DNA of 64,000 nt, taken from the human T2T-CHM13v2.0 reference genome, Homo sapiens. Below the pieces are notes generated by a model. The model was given only the letters and a program-made list of their open reading frames with translations, had not been told where the DNA came from and searched no databases. Location of the stretch: NCBI RefSeq assembly GCF_009914755.1, contig NC_060925.1; one strand, written 5' to 3'. Below are positions 1 through 54,589 of the stretch, in pieces; position 1 is the stretch's first letter, and the number at the start of each line of letters is the position of its first letter. Made by a program: the position numbers and the translations under genes.

Positions 1-565
1 GGTTAATACATAAAATAGGGTCCTTCCCAGGCTCGAGTTTTTTTTTTTAATCTTTTTTCATCTTTTAATAAGAACATGGTTTTCAGGCTGGTGCTGGTGT
101 ACTGGAAATTCTAGGGGTGGTACCTGTGCTAAAAGACTTTTAGTTCTGAGGGAAAAGAAAGTGGAAAATAAGCATATAATTTTTGTTGCATATCCTGGGG
201 CTTGAAGCCCCATGGTGACGCCTCCCGCTCCATTCCTGCTCAGCGCCGCCCAAGGGATGCTGTGGCCCTGGCCCCTCTTGAAGTCTTGGCCTTCTTGTGG
301 CCTTCACCACCCCCGCGTGCTATGGCCTTGGGGATGAGGGGCATTGTGACTTACCTGGCCACCCTCGGGACTTAAAAAAAAATAAACACCATTTTATATT
401 TGACTATTTTTTGTATAATTTTATACTAAATAAGTTAAATTTTACCTTTATATTAATGTGCTATTAATGTTAAATTTAATTTTAGTAAAATATTGTAGAC
501 ATTATTTATCCAATTTTAATGTCTGACCATAAAGTAAAACTTTTATAGACTCATTTTAATTTTTT
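1..565 (-). mobile_element. Probable ERV1-class internal-region fragment, cut by the window edge
   Basis: Resembles MER4-group/ERV1 internal non-coding sequence from recall. It joins L1 sequence at ~570 with no visible LTR. Family not established. Confidence 0.35.
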
Positions 566-1304
566 ATATTTGTTTTTTTCTTGATGATTTGCTTGAGTTC
601 CTCATAGATTCTGGATATTAGTCCTTTGTCAGATGCATAGTTTGTGAATATTTTCTCCCACTCTGTGGGTTGTCTGTTTACTGATTATTTCCCTTGCTAC
701 GCAGAAGCTTTTTAGCTTAATTAAGTTCCATCTATTCATCTTTGTTTTTGTTGCATTTGCTTTTGGGTTCTTAGTCCTGAAGTCTCTGCCTAAGCCACTC
801 TCTAGAAGGTTTTTCCGATATTATCTTCTAGAATCTTTATGGTTTCTGGTCTTAGATTTAAGTTCTTGATCCATCTTGAGTTGATTTTTGTATAAGGTGA
901 GAGATGAGGATCCAGTTTCATTCTTCTACTTGTAGCTTGCCAATTATCCCAGCACCATTTGTTGAATAGGATGTCCTTTCCCCACTTTGTGTTTTTGTTT
1001 GCTTTGTCAAAGATCAGTTGGCTGTAAGTATTTGGGTTTATTTTTGGGTTCTCTATTCTGTTCCATTGGTCTATATGCCTATTTTTATACCCAGAACCAT
1101 GCTATTTTGGTGACTATGGCCTTATAGTATACTTTGAAGTCAGGTAATATGATGCTTCCTGATTTCTTCCTTTTGTTCTTTTTCCTTAGTTTTGCTTTGG
1201 CTATGTGGTCTGTTTTTTGGTTCCATATGAATTTTAGGATTTTTTTTTCTAGTTCTGTGAAGAATGATGTTGGTATTTGGATGGGAATTGCATTGAATTT
1301 GTAG

Positions 1305-1664
<360 letters not shown>

Positions 1665-4600
1665 TGATTCTACCCATCCCCGAGCATAGGATGTGTTTCC
1701 ATTTGTTTGCGTCGTCTATGATTTCTTTCAGCAGTGTTTTTAGTTTTCCTTTAGAGGTCTTTCACCTCCTTGGTTAGATATATTCCTAAGTGTTTTATTT
1801 TATTTATTTTATTATTTGCAGCTATTGTGAAAATGGTTGAGTTCTTGATTTCATTCTTAGCTTGGTTGCTGGCCGTGTATAGCAGAGCTACTGATTTTCA
1901 TGCTTTAATTTTGTATCCTGAAACTTTGCTTGAAACTTTGCTGAATTCATTTACCAATTCTAGGAGCTTTTTGAATGAGTCTTTAGGGTTTTCTAGGTAT
2001 ACAATCATATCATCAGCAAACAGCAACAGTTTGACTTCCTCTTTGCCGATTTGGATTTCCTTTATTTCTTTTGTCTGATTACCTGGCTAGGACTTCCATT
2101 ACTATGTTGAATAGAAGTGGTGAGAGTAGGCATCCTTGTCTTGTTCCAATGCTTAGGGGGAATGCTTTCAATTTTTCCCCGACCAGTATAATGTTGTCTG
2201 TGGGTTTGTCATAGACGGCTTTTATTACCTTAAGGTATATCACTTCTATGCCAATATTGCTGAGGGTTTTAATCATAAAGTGATGCTGGATTTTGTCAAA
2301 TGCTTTTTTTTTGCGTCTACTTAGATGATCCGGTGATTTTTGTTTTTAATTATATTTGTGTGGTATATCACATTTATTGACTTGTGTATGTTAAACCATC
2401 CCTGCGTCCCTGGTATGAAACCGACTTGATCATGGTGCATTATCTTGACATGCTGTTGGATTCTGTTAGCTAGTATTTTGTTGAAGATTTTTGCATCTAT
2501 GTTCATCAGGGATATTGGTCTGTAGTTTTTTTGTTGTTGTTGTTATGTCCTTTCCTGCTTTTGGTATTAGGGTGATACTGGCTTCATAGAATGATTTAGG
2601 GAGGATTCTCTCTTTCTCTATCTTGTGAAATAATGTCAATAAGACTGGTACCAATTATTCTTTGAATGTCTGATAGAATTTAGCTGTGATTCCATCTGGT
2701 CCTGGGCTTTTCTTTATTGGAAATTATTTTTTGTTACCATTTCAATATCACTGCTTATTATCACTCTGTTCAGAGTTTCTATATCTTCCTGGTTTAACCC
2801 AGGAGGGTTGTATATTTTCAGGTTTTCTACTTTATGCACATAAAGATGTTCATAGTTGCATTGAATGATCTTTTGTATTTGTGTGATATCAGTTGTAATA
2901 TTTATCATTTTGTTTTTAATTGAACTTATTTTGATCTTCTCTCTTCTTTTCTTTGATAATTTCACTAACGGTCTATGAATTTTGTTTATTTTTTCAAAGA
3001 ACCAGCTTTATGTTTCATTTATCTTTTGTGTTGTTCTTTGTCTGTCACAATTTCATTTAGTTCTGCTTTGATCTTTGTTATTTCTTTTCTTCTGCTGCAT
3101 TCGTGTTTGGTTTGTTCTTGTTTCTCTGGTTCCTTGAGATGTGACCCTATTATCTATTTGTACTCTTTCAGACTTTTTGATGTAGGCATTTAATGCTATG
3201 AACTTTCTTCTTAGCATCACCTTTGTTGTATCTCAGAGGTTTTATAGGTTGTTTCTCTATTATCATTCATTTCAAAGCATTTTTTAGTTTCCATTTTGAT
3301 TTCATTATTGACTCTATGATCATACGGGAGCAGGTTATTTAATTTCCATGTATTTGCATGGTTTTAAGGTTGCTTACAGTTGAGTTCCAATTTTATTCCA
3401 CTGTAGTCTGAGAGAGTACTTGATATAATTTCAATTTTTTTTTTAAATTTTTGAGACTTGTTTTGTGGCCTATTATATGGCCTATCTTGGAGAATGTTCC
3501 ATGTGATGATGAAAAGAATGTATATTCTGCAGTTGTTGGGTAGAATGTTCTGTAAATATCTGTTAAGTCCATTTGTTGTAGGGTATAGTTTAAGTCCAAA
3601 AATTTTTGTTTGTTGACTTTCTGTCTTGTTGGACTGTCTAGTGCTTTCAGTGGAGTATTGAAGTCAACCAGTATTATTGTGTTGCCATCTGTCTTATTTC
3701 TTAGGTTCAGTAGTAATTGTTTTATAAATTTGGGAGCTCCAGTGTTAGGATTGTGACATTTTCCTATTGGACTAGTTCTTTTAGCATTATGTAATGTCCC
3801 TTTTTGTCTTTTTTAACTGCTGTTGCTTTAAAGTTTGTTTTTTGGTGTCCATTTGCATAGTATATCTTTTTCTACCCCTTTACCTTATGTTTATATGAAA
3901 CCTTATGTTTATGTGAGGTCTTATGTGTTAGGTGAGTCTCTTAAAGACAGTAAACACTTGGTTGGTGAATTCTTATTCATTTTGCTGTTCTGTATGCTTT
4001 AAGTGGAGCATTTTGGCCATTTATATTCAATGTTAGTATTGAGATGTGAGGTCCTATTTTATTCATCATGCCATTTGCTGCCTAAATACCTTACTTTTTT
4101 ATTACTGTGTTATTGTTTTATAAGTCCTATGAGATTTATGCTTTAAATGTTTTATGTTCTATTTTGGTGTATTTCGAGGATTCATTTCAAGATTTAGAGC
4201 TCTTTTTAGCAGTTCTTGTAATGCTGGCTTGGTAGTGGCTAACTCTCTCAGCATTTGTTTGTCTGAAAGAGACTTGATCTTTCATTTATGAAGCTTAGTT
4301 CACTGGATACACATTCTCGGCTGATAATTGTTTTGTTTAAGGAGGCTAAAGATAGTACTCCAAACCTTTCTAGCTTGTAGGATTTCTGTTGAGAAATCTG
4401 CTTTTAATCTGATAGGTTCCTTTATAAATTACCTGATACTTTGCTTCACAGCTCTTAAAATTCTTTTCTCCGTCTTGACTTTAGAGAGCCTGGTGACTAT
4501 GTGCCTAGGCGATGATCTTTCTCCAGGGTGTTCCCTGGGTGTTCTTTGAGCTTCTCGTATTTGGATGTCTAGATCTCTAGGAAAGCCAGGGAAGTTTTCC

Positions 4601-4693
4601 TCAATTAATCCCTCAAATATGTTTTTCAAACCTTTAGATTTGTCTTCTTCCTCGGGAACACCAGTTATTCTTAGGTTTGGTTGTTTAACATAA

Positions 4694-5069
<376 letters not shown>

Positions 5070-7565
5070 TAATTCACAAGCCTTGTCTTCAAGCTCTGAA
5101 GTTCTTTCTTCTACTTGTTTGATTCTATTGCTAAGACTTTCCAGTGTGTTTTGCATTTCTCCAAGTGTGTTCTTCATTTCCAGAAGTTGTGATTTTTTTT
5201 TATGCTCTCTATTTTTTTGGAGATTTTTCCATCCATATCCTGTAACATTTTTTAAATTTCTTTAAGTTGGTATTCATCCTTCTCTGGTGCCTCCTTGGGT
5301 AGTTTAATAATCCACCTTCTGAATTCTTTTCTGGCAATTCAGAGATTTCTTCTTGGGTTGGATCCACTGCTGGTAAGGTAGTGTGATCTTTTGGGGCTGT
5401 TAAAGAACCTTGTTTTGACATATTACCAGGATTGTTTTTCTTCTTCCTTCTCATTTGGGTACACTATATCAGAGGAAACATCTGGGACTCAAGGGCTGCT
5501 GTTAGGATTTTTTTTGTCCCACAGGGTGCTCCCTTGATGTGGTGCTCTCCCCCTTCTCCAAAGGATGGGGCTTCCTGAGAGCTGAACTACAGTGATTGTC
5601 AACACCCAGCAGAGCTACTGTGCTCCAGGCTCCAGGCTGGTACTGGGTAGTGTCTGCAAAGAGTCCTGTGATGTGGTTCGTCTTCAGGTCTCATCCATGG
5701 ATATCAGTACCTGCTCCTGTGGAGGTGGCAGGGCAGTGAAGTGAACTCCATGAGGGTCCTTGGTTTTAATTTTGTTTATTGGGATAATTTTGTGTTGGTT
5801 GTCCTCCAGCCAGGAGGTGGAGCTTTTAAGAGAGCATCAGCTGCAATAGTATAGGGAGGATACAAGCTTGCCCTAGGGTCACTTGAAATAGGATTTGAGT
5901 TTCTCAGGTGGTGGGTGGGGGGGGGCCACAGAGCTCCCAAGAGATTATGTCCTTTGTCTTCTGGCTACCAGGGCAGGTAGAGAAAGACCATCAGGTGGGG
6001 GCAGGGTTAGGTGTGTCTGAGCTCAGATTCCCCTTGGACAGGGAAAGCTGATGCTGCTGTGGGGGATGGGGTGTGATTCTCAGGCCAATGGAGGTATATT
6101 CCCAAGGGAATTATGGCTGCCTCTGCTGTGTCATGCAAGTTGCCAGGCAAGTTGGGGAAAGCTGGTAGTTACAGGCCTCATCCAGTTCCCACACAGCCTG
6201 AAAGGCCAGTCTCACTCCCACCATCACCCACCAACAACGCTGAGTTTATTTCCAGGCAGCAAGTGAGCAGAGCTGAGAACTTGCTACCAGCCTCCCTGCT
6301 GAGAAAGCAAGCAGGGTTTTCAGAGTTCAAGCCTCCCTGCCTGCTGTGGCTTCTGTGCTGGTGTCTGCACTCCCAGATCACCCCCACCCCTGGGTTCTGT
6401 CCAGGAAATTTTGTGTTCGGTCGAAACTTCAGCTGGAAGTTTTCTTCTCCCTGTGGTATTTCCCCAATTCTACTGGCAGCCCTCCTGAAGGACCTTTGTG
6501 AGACAAAGTCAGTAATGGCTTCCCTGGGGACTGAGAGAGCCCACAGGGCTCTTCCCGCTGCTTCCTCTACCCCTGTATTTCGCTCAGCTCTCTAAATTCA
6601 CCTTAGCTCCAGGTAAGGTCAAATCCTTCACTTGTGATCCAGACCTTCAGGTTCCCCAGTGAGGATGTATGTTCAGGGGTGGATGATCCCCTTTCACACT
6701 TTCACACTTTGGGCACTCACAGTTTTTCTGCTGTCTCCTGGAGCCTGCAGCAGCAATCCGCTTTTTTTCAAATGTGCCATTTTGAATATTCCACTCACAT
6801 TTAAATGGAAAAGCCTATTAAGATATATTAGGAGAATGATGTTCTTCATAGGCTTCAAAAGGATATAAAACTCGTGGTAAATAATAAAATATTTGAAGAA
6901 ATTAGGAGGGTGGGGAACCAATATAATGCAGTGGCCAAAAGCAAGGACTTTGGAATAGGATAGACTTGTTCTACATCTGGCACATTTGTTTCCTGATATT
7001 GGGAAAAATAGCTTTTAAATATTTCTCATAAGATTGGTTTAAAAATTAAATGAGATAATGGAAAAATATTTCTTATTCCATTGCCTTGTACATTATGGGA
7101 AATCAATGTGCAATAGGTCCTATTGCTCTTAGCAAGATAAAGACAAACACTGGAAAGATTTCTAGGGAGAGAAAATGTCACATGCAAATGTTAAAATGTG
7201 AAACAGCATAGTGAGTTCTGTATAAATTGGTATATGTAGAAAGGTATAGGAAAATGATGCAAGACAGGTAAAAAGCAGCCCTCCAACAAGCTGGCTTTTG
7301 TCATAAAGACAGAAATGGAGTCTCCAATGTAAAAACATCAGTAAGTAGATATTGAAAGATTTTAGGAAGAAGAGTACTTGATCATTCCACATTTTAGCAA
7401 AAAAAAAATTCTGACAATTGCCTGGAGGGATACATTAGAGAGAGACCATGTTTGGAAGTAATGAGACCTATTAGAATCTAATAAAGGATGATATTCTCAC
7501 AAATGAAAAGATGTTGTGCTTCCTCTAATATTGAAAACCATTAAACAGAAAACGAATACTTTCAG

Positions 7566-29939
<22,374 letters not shown>

Positions 29940-30115
29940 AATCTGGATGTCATTGACGATAATGTTTATGGAGATAAGGTCTAAGTGCCTAAAAAAATGT
30001 ACATATACCTGGTTGAAATACAACACTATACATACACACCACCATATATACTAGCTGTTAATCCTATGGAATGGGGTATTGGGAGTGCTTTTTTAATTTT
30101 TCATAGTTTTTTTTT

Positions 30116-30170
30116 AATAAAATGGCATATTTTGCATCTACAACTTCTATAATTTGAAAAAATAAATAAA
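30116..30170 (+). terminator. IFI16: IFI16 polyadenylation signals (AATAAA at 30116, 30161, 30165)
   Basis: Hexamers 180-230 nt after the stop, followed by a T-rich tract. Confidence 0.75.
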
Positions 30171-31085
30171 CATTATCTTTTTTGTGAAAGGAATGCTTCC
30201 CCAGCAGTCTCTTTAATCCATCCATGAGTTGCTTAAAAGCAAATAGTCTGTGGTCTGCAAATCAGGGTGGGGCACACAGGCCTCAAGCAATATTTGGATT
30301 TATACTTTGGGTGTGATCTTTACCGGGTAAAGCCCTGATCAAGAATGAACAGGCTGTGTTCTGCTGAAAGAAACCAGGCTAAAGGGATAAGTAAGCGTGA
30401 AATCCAGTTTGTGGTTCAGTTGCCAAGTGCTGTGTTACTGTTTTAGCCCAGAGCAGTAGATATCTTTTCAGAATTGGTCTCCTGGAGGGGGCATAATTGG
30501 GTAATTTTTCTGCCAAATGAGGCACCTTCTGGTGATGTGCATGAAGGCACTTGTCTGTGTTAGAGGAATATCTGGGCCTGCCTGATGTGAAATATCTGGT
30601 TTTATGCATTTCCTCAAAACACCGACTGCTCTTCACGCACTTTCAAACCATATTTCCTGTTCTCGCAATCCACTATAGTGATCTGATACATTAGAAAGCT
30701 GCCCTAGGAAGAGCTGCATTAGGCAAACACTGAAGATAATTAATTTTATTCAGAATAGAATAGCAGAAAGTAAGTATCTAAAACTAAAATTTAGCTAAAT
30801 TTATTGATTATATATTTGGTACCTGGTACTTGGCAATTATTTTGTGACACTTAATCTTCATATTAGTTCTAGAAGGTTGATTGTTTTCTCCTCTTTACTC
30901 ACCCTATAATATGTGACAAACACGGAATAGAAAGGCAAAGTCACTTTCTTAATGACCCTTAGATGGTAAATTAGAGAGCTTGATTTAGAACCCAGGCTGC
31001 TCTTCTCGTTTGGGGTGTGTACGTTAGGAGAGGGTTGTGGGGATGTGGTGGAAGCTGTGAGGAATGGAATGGGGAAGTCTACTAC

Positions 31086-34092
<3,007 letters not shown>

Positions 34093-35479
34093 CTACTGCG
34101 AAGGTCCAAAGCTATCTATGCCCAATAAGGAAAAGAGACGTTAAAGTTTACCATTGTGGTCTGCCGTCAAAGAGTGAAATAATAAAAACGTACTGTTTTA
34201 CACTACCTTTCTGCTTATGTGTCTTTCATTATAGTAGGCTTAGATGCCAATTAGACATTTTTATATTTTTTTGCCCAATGCTATTCTTATACACACACAC
34301 ACACACCAAACACACACACACACATATATATATCTGTGTATGTATATGTGTGTGTATATGTGTTTAAGATTATTTTGCTCATTTTGGGAAACCAGATTCT
34401 GAAGAAACTTCAGATGCTACAGAAGCCAGTTTTCTCATCTTTGAGAATACTGAAGTTCAGAGAGATTGAGTGAAGTGGTCAAAATCACAGTATCACTCAG
34501 CTAGTTAGGAACAGATGCCATACTAAGATGTCATAGACTGCTAAAACTGCCTCTAAATTCAAATTTGACTTAATGAACTCTAAGAAAAAGGACTGTTTTA
34601 TACACAGATGATGTTTGTATTCTCAGCTAGTCTAATATTTCATATCACTTGAGGTAAGCTTTCTGTAATTGCCTATTCTTGAGTACCCTGGATGATGGTG
34701 ATTTGGAGTTAGTGTCATTTAGGTGGGCTGCTACATCCCCACCTTTGCTTGCTTTCCTTAACATCATGCTGATTCCCCTTTGAACTGTACTTCCTAAGGA
34801 CAATCTATCTTTAAATGAAATAAGAAAAAAATTACCCTCTGCTCAAAAGAATTTGCCTCTTCAATTTTGTTTTCACTTCAATAGCTTCATCCTCTAATGC
34901 CTTGATCGCACCGTGTCATATTTTTCCACCTTACCACATATCAGAGCTTCTCCATGGGACTCAAATCAAGCAGATGAGAAGCTGGAGCTTCCCCTAGATC
35001 TGTAGTGTGTAGACCAGAGAGGATAGAACAACTCACAGAGATGCTAATCTGTCCTCATAAACATTTTACAGACCAGTTTGTATCAAGTGGTTTTGAGGTA
35101 TGCAATAGCACCAAAGCCGACATTTTAGGTTAAATACCTATATGTGGAATTACTGGGTCAAATAATATGAACATAATTACTAGTAATGTTGCCAAACTGA
35201 TGTTTCAACTAACACTTCTGAGGACATTTTCCTTAATCATATCATCATCACATTCACAAATCCTGGACATTATTAACCTAACGGATAAGGAATATTCATT
35301 GTTTTAAAGTCCCTGATTTCTGTGAGTCTCTTTAAAGTTTCATCTTTCTTATTTATTATAAAAGCAATGAGTATTTATTCCAGAGAAATAAAAAAAAATC
35401 AGAATATCAAAAACATCCATAATTCTATCTTCCAACCTGATGCATGTTTTCCATGTTTATCATGGCATAATCTACAAAC

Positions 35480-37300
<1,821 letters not shown>

Positions 37301-37541
37301 ACATCTTTAATTATTCAGTATCTACTTTCAAATAATACTGCGCTGCTTCACATGTTGTACAGGATCTTCTAACAGTGTACTCCTAATTCTTCCCTCTTGT
37401 ATTTTGTGCAATTGTTGTCATATAGTTTACTTTTAAATTTGTATAAACATCATATAATACATTGATAAAGTATTTTCGCTTGAGACAAGGGATTGACAAA
37501 CTAAATGAGATAGTGGGACTGTAATGAATGAGAAACAGATG

Positions 37542-37547
37542 TTTATT
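37542..37547 (-). terminator. AIM2: AIM2 polyadenylation signal AATAAA
   Basis: TTTATT on the + strand, ~190 nt past the AIM2 stop. Confidence 0.75.
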
Positions 37548-37732
37548 GTGATCATCTGTTGATATTCTGAATTTGTTTATCCAGCAATTATTCTATCCTA
37601 ATTTGGTGGAGAGAGGAGCCTGTGAACTGCAGCTTTCAGGTAACTTACAATCTGATTGAAGAGGCTGTATCACATATTCTTCAATTAAATGCTGCTTAGA
37701 CCAGTTGGCTTGAATTGGTCCTTTTTACTTCT

Positions 37733-48536
<10,804 letters not shown>

Positions 48537-48790
48537 CTGACAACTTTGGGATCAGCCTATAAGGAATCCAAAACATGTAAGATTACACCACCAAAAGTGA
48601 TTCTACATTCAAAATAAAGCAAGGTGAGCTATTAATATTTTTTAAAGAAAAATAAAATATTTGCAGTAGTAAAAGAGATTTGAGTAGGACATAGGTAAGA
48701 ACTTCTTAAGCAAGGTGATCACTACTCCTGGGAAAGACATCTTCAGAAAGTATACAACACCTCTGGAATTCTCAGAAAACAAGATACATT

Positions 48791-50830
<2,040 letters not shown>

Positions 50831-51667
50831 AGAGCAGCAACATATAAAGTGGAAGAAATAAGCCAAAGAACAGGAAAAGATGTTTATGAGCTGAAAATAA
50901 CTGATTGTGAATTTTAGGGAAGCTTGAATACCCCCATCAGTAGAGTCAATGTTAATAAATTCTAAACTATCACTGTTAATGGCCTTATAATGTTTTTTCC
51001 TATATGTTGGTAAGCGCTGGAGAAACTCTACTTATACATGTAGAGTTCATGAGTGAAAATTAAAACTATTATCAGGACCATTTTCAAAATAAGGAATACA
51101 TTAAAAATATTTGCAATGATAAAGCCATCCAAATGCCCCCATCCTACTGATGAAAGCAAGGAAGGACACTACCTTTGTTGAATATCTACTGTGACAATCA
51201 GCTTGGATGATTCCTACTTTTCTACTTGTCCATAAGAAGCTAATCTTCCTATAACCCTCTTATATAATAACAATCACATTTTAATCACATTTTATATGAT
51301 TGACTCAGTTTTTTCTCTGAAGTTATGTTGCCTTATAAATGAAAAACTTGCATTTTACTTCATAATATCTGTTAACTTAAAAAATGCTTGTATTTGCTAT
51401 TGGCATAAAAGTCAGCCTTACAAATAGGCTGATAGACAAACCCCAAAGGAAGCCGAAGCTTAAGGAACACCAGCTCAGAGACACCAGAGGACATGGCTAA
51501 AGTGAATAAAAGAGAAATGAACCCATCCTTTCAGAGCTGATGTCCATGTTTGCAGGTTCAGGTTCTCAGAGGTGTGCACAGCATGGCTGGCCTTTCCTCA
51601 GTTGTCTTTTTCAGCAGAGAAACGGTTAAGTCTCTCGTCTCTAACCCAGCTCCTCTATGGTGCTTAC

Positions 51668-51936
51668 CTCCTGATCCCTGGGGCGATCAGCAAACCGGGT
51701 CTGCCACCTTCTTTTCAGAGAGCTTAACTAGCAGAGGACTCAGGAGAGCATGCCCAAATAACCTAGGTGACTTTCAAAGCTACAAAGACTCTGACACTTC
51801 TGGACGGCTTCACATGTACCCCTAATAAACACTTCCCTTCACCCCCAGGCCCAGTGTGGGTAGGAGTGACAACTGGAGCTCTAATTGGCTGAGCTGGTTT
51901 GGGTTCTCACTAGCAGCCACAGAAGAAAATGTCTAT
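51668..51936 (-). other. AIM2: AIM2 non-coding exon 1 (5' end approximate)
   Basis: Strong donor GAG|gtaagc at 51668/51667. The sequence matches the recalled AIM2 5'UTR. The TSS cannot be fixed from sequence alone. Confidence 0.75.
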
Positions 51937-51949
51937 AGAAACTTGTATC

Positions 51950-51993
51950 TGAGTCATGCCACATAGGAACTACACTGATTGGAAACAGAAAGT
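51950..51993. promoter_or_regulatory. AIM2: AIM2 proximal promoter: AP-1 site TGAGTCA (51950-51956) and ISRE/IRF-like GAAACAGAAAGT (51982-51993)
   Basis: Consensus matches immediately upstream of exon 1. Confidence 0.55.
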
Positions 51994-52338
51994 GGCCTAG
52001 AAACTGTAAAAAATGACCGCAGATGACTTCTTGATACACTTTGTGACTAAGGGGCCTGGTGATGACATTTTTCTGGTATAAACAAGCACACTGATCTCAG
52101 AGGGTATCTAAAAGTGTTGCCAGTAGGGCAGTGCAGGTTCTTGTCTTCAAAGCATAAGAGAATCTGAAAATGAGACCCAAGCGAAAGTATAGACATTTTA
52201 TTGTGGAGCAAAACCAACGACACCCTCAAGGGAGGAGTGCAGGCACTCAAAGATTTGAGTCACAGGCAATGTGGTTCACGTACTATATGAATAAGCACAA
52301 TGAAGGTATGGAGTACTCTGTAATCAAGGGGAGGGGTT

Positions 52339-52368
52339 TTCTGGGAAATGGGCGGGCAATTCCCGGAA
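52339..52368. promoter_or_regulatory. Tandem GAS (STAT1) sites TTCTGGGAA (52339-52347) and TTCCCGGAA (52360-52368)
   Basis: Two exact TTCNNNGAA matches, 21 bp apart. Confidence 0.85.
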
Positions 52369-52442
52369 TCGGGGTGCCACCCTTTTCTTGACTAAAGATG
52401 GTTAATCCGGAACTGTCATGGCGTCAGGTGCATGATGGGAGT

Positions 52443-52452
52443 GGGAATTTCC
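52443..52452 (+). promoter_or_regulatory. NF-kB site GGGAATTTCC
   Basis: Perfect GGGRNWYYCC match inside the LTR. Confidence 0.65.
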
Positions 52453-54589
52453 CCATGGAAGTTTTATGATATTAAGGGCATAATGAAGCTAAGGGTCAGC
52501 AGTCAGCCAAGTTTTCGACCATCTTGGCTTTAACCAGTTGCGGCCAGTTTCTTCTGTGTTACATTCTCATCTGTGCCTAAGTAGGAAGTTTGCAATCTGT
52601 CTTCATTGTCACAGGCTGTTGTAACAGTTCCTATCTACTAGTGGGGCAATCCCTCTGCTAACCTTTTTGACCGCATTTTTATTGCTTGTAGCCACCTGCA
52701 AGTAATCATGCCTCATTCCCTCACTGACTGCTTGCCTCAAAAGCATATATACAGTCTTTCTTCCTAACCCAGGCTCCTAACCCTAAATTCAGAGCTTGAG
52801 GGCTTGATTCTAGTCAGCAATTTACTTGAGGTTTTCCTTTCTTATTCATTGAATTAACAATTATGCACTGAACATCTAATATGATGTATTAGATTCTGAG
52901 AATATAAAAGTTAGTAAGACAAAGTTCCAGATGTTGAGCGGCTCTGCCAAGTCATGGAAACAGACATGTGATTTAATAATCACAATAGGACATGATGATA
53001 AGTGTTATAATTAAAGCATGCTCAAGATGCTCAAGGAGCAGAGGAAGAGCACCTAACCATGCCCAGGTAATCAGCCCAGAGCTGCAGGACCTCCTTCACT
53101 TTCTACTGCAAGGCTTGTTTCTACACTTTTGCCAGCTTTCAGCTCAAATAGCACCTTATCTGTGGGGCTTCTCTGACCAGCATGTTCTCTACCTCTTCCC
53201 CACATTATCTTTTCCCACACGTGTTACTGACCATCATCTGACATACGGTATATGTCATTTGTTTGTTTATTCTCTGCCTCATGCTCCTAAAATGTAAGGC
53301 ACATGAGGGAAGAGATTTCTGCCCACTGGCTCACTGCATCCACTTCACCTGACACAGTGCCAGGCACAGAGAAGGTGTTCAGAAAATATTCGTTGAATGA
53401 GTGAATGCATGAATGAGTGGATCACACAAGGCGAAAGAACACCAAAGAGAACAATATGTAAGAATTAAAAAGATGTGAAGTGTATGAATTTGGTAACCTA
53501 CTGAGTAAACGAGAGAAAGCTCCCTGTTGAGGAAGAACCCAACAAGCACCAACCCCAGAGAGGCGTACTGATTTGAGGCTTCAGGTCCTGTAAAAGGTGA
53601 GTTAAGTGATTAAGCTGGGAAGTGGTCTCAATGAGGAGCAGGTACACTGCTGCACCTGGGGCAGAGAGACAAGTACTCATCGTCCAGCTTTGTTTTACCA
53701 AGAAATTTAATCAGAGAGATACCCAACTTGGTGACACAAGACACAGAAGGGAAAGGAGGCAACTGTGCTGAAAAAGGAGGTTTGTTAACAGTCTCACGGA
53801 GAAAAGTGGGATCCCCAAGCCCTTTCCTCCCTGACTTCTAGAGTACTGACAGCAAGGTTTATGCCATAAGCAGAAGACTGGAGGCTCCTACTGTAGCAAC
53901 TGGCCCAAGAAGGGAAAAACTCTCACCGTTACTGACATTTTGAGTTTTCCAATACAAAGACTCAGGCCCTTTCGTGCCAATCCTATAATTAAACTAACTC
54001 ATAAATAAACCAGGCCAACGCAAAAAGAATTCAAGTCAGTTTTGTGTGTATACATGTATGGACATTTCTTTCTTAAATATGAGTAAACAGATATAAATAA
54101 CATTCAGAAAAGCCTCCAACTTAAAAAAAAAACAGAAAACAAATCAGAAGAAGGAACTTAAGGACAAAGCAGAGGGTAGAAGAAGAAATATATATGGTCA
54201 TCAGAGAGATAAGAAAAGACATTGCATCCATGAAACAAAAAGACAGTGCTAATACTTGTAAAAAATGAACAAATTACAGAAGAGATTTTATAAATATATT
54301 TTCTAAATGTGATAGCAGAAAAGTTTTAAAGCTAATAGAGTGATAAAGCTGAAGATCTCTTTCTAAAAGTATGCCTAGAAAAGAATAAAATGGAAAAACA
54401 GGAGAGAAAAAAAATAAGAAATATACAGGTTTATGCCCCGATGAATAATAACCAGCTAATAAGCATTTAAACAAGAGCGAATGGAGAAAAAAGCAAGTTA
54501 TCAAATAAATACCGAATTTGATGAATGAGAAAGAACACACACAAAAGCATGTCACTTTGCATTTTTTTTCCAGTTTTTTTCTTTTTAGT

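Larger units (their letters stand above)
52115..52739 (-). mobile_element. MER41-family solo LTR; known IFN-gamma-inducible enhancer of AIM2
   Basis: TG...CA termini and TSD AAAG (52111-52114, 52740-52743). Contains the MER41 core TTCCGGGAATTGCCCGCCCATTTCCCAGAA on the minus strand. Lies ~200 bp upstream of AIM2 exon 1. Confidence 0.88.

Noticed and set aside
34290-34365. (CA)n-(TA)n-(TG)n quasi-palindrome as a possible hairpin RNA
   Set aside because: Ordinary low-complexity microsatellite.
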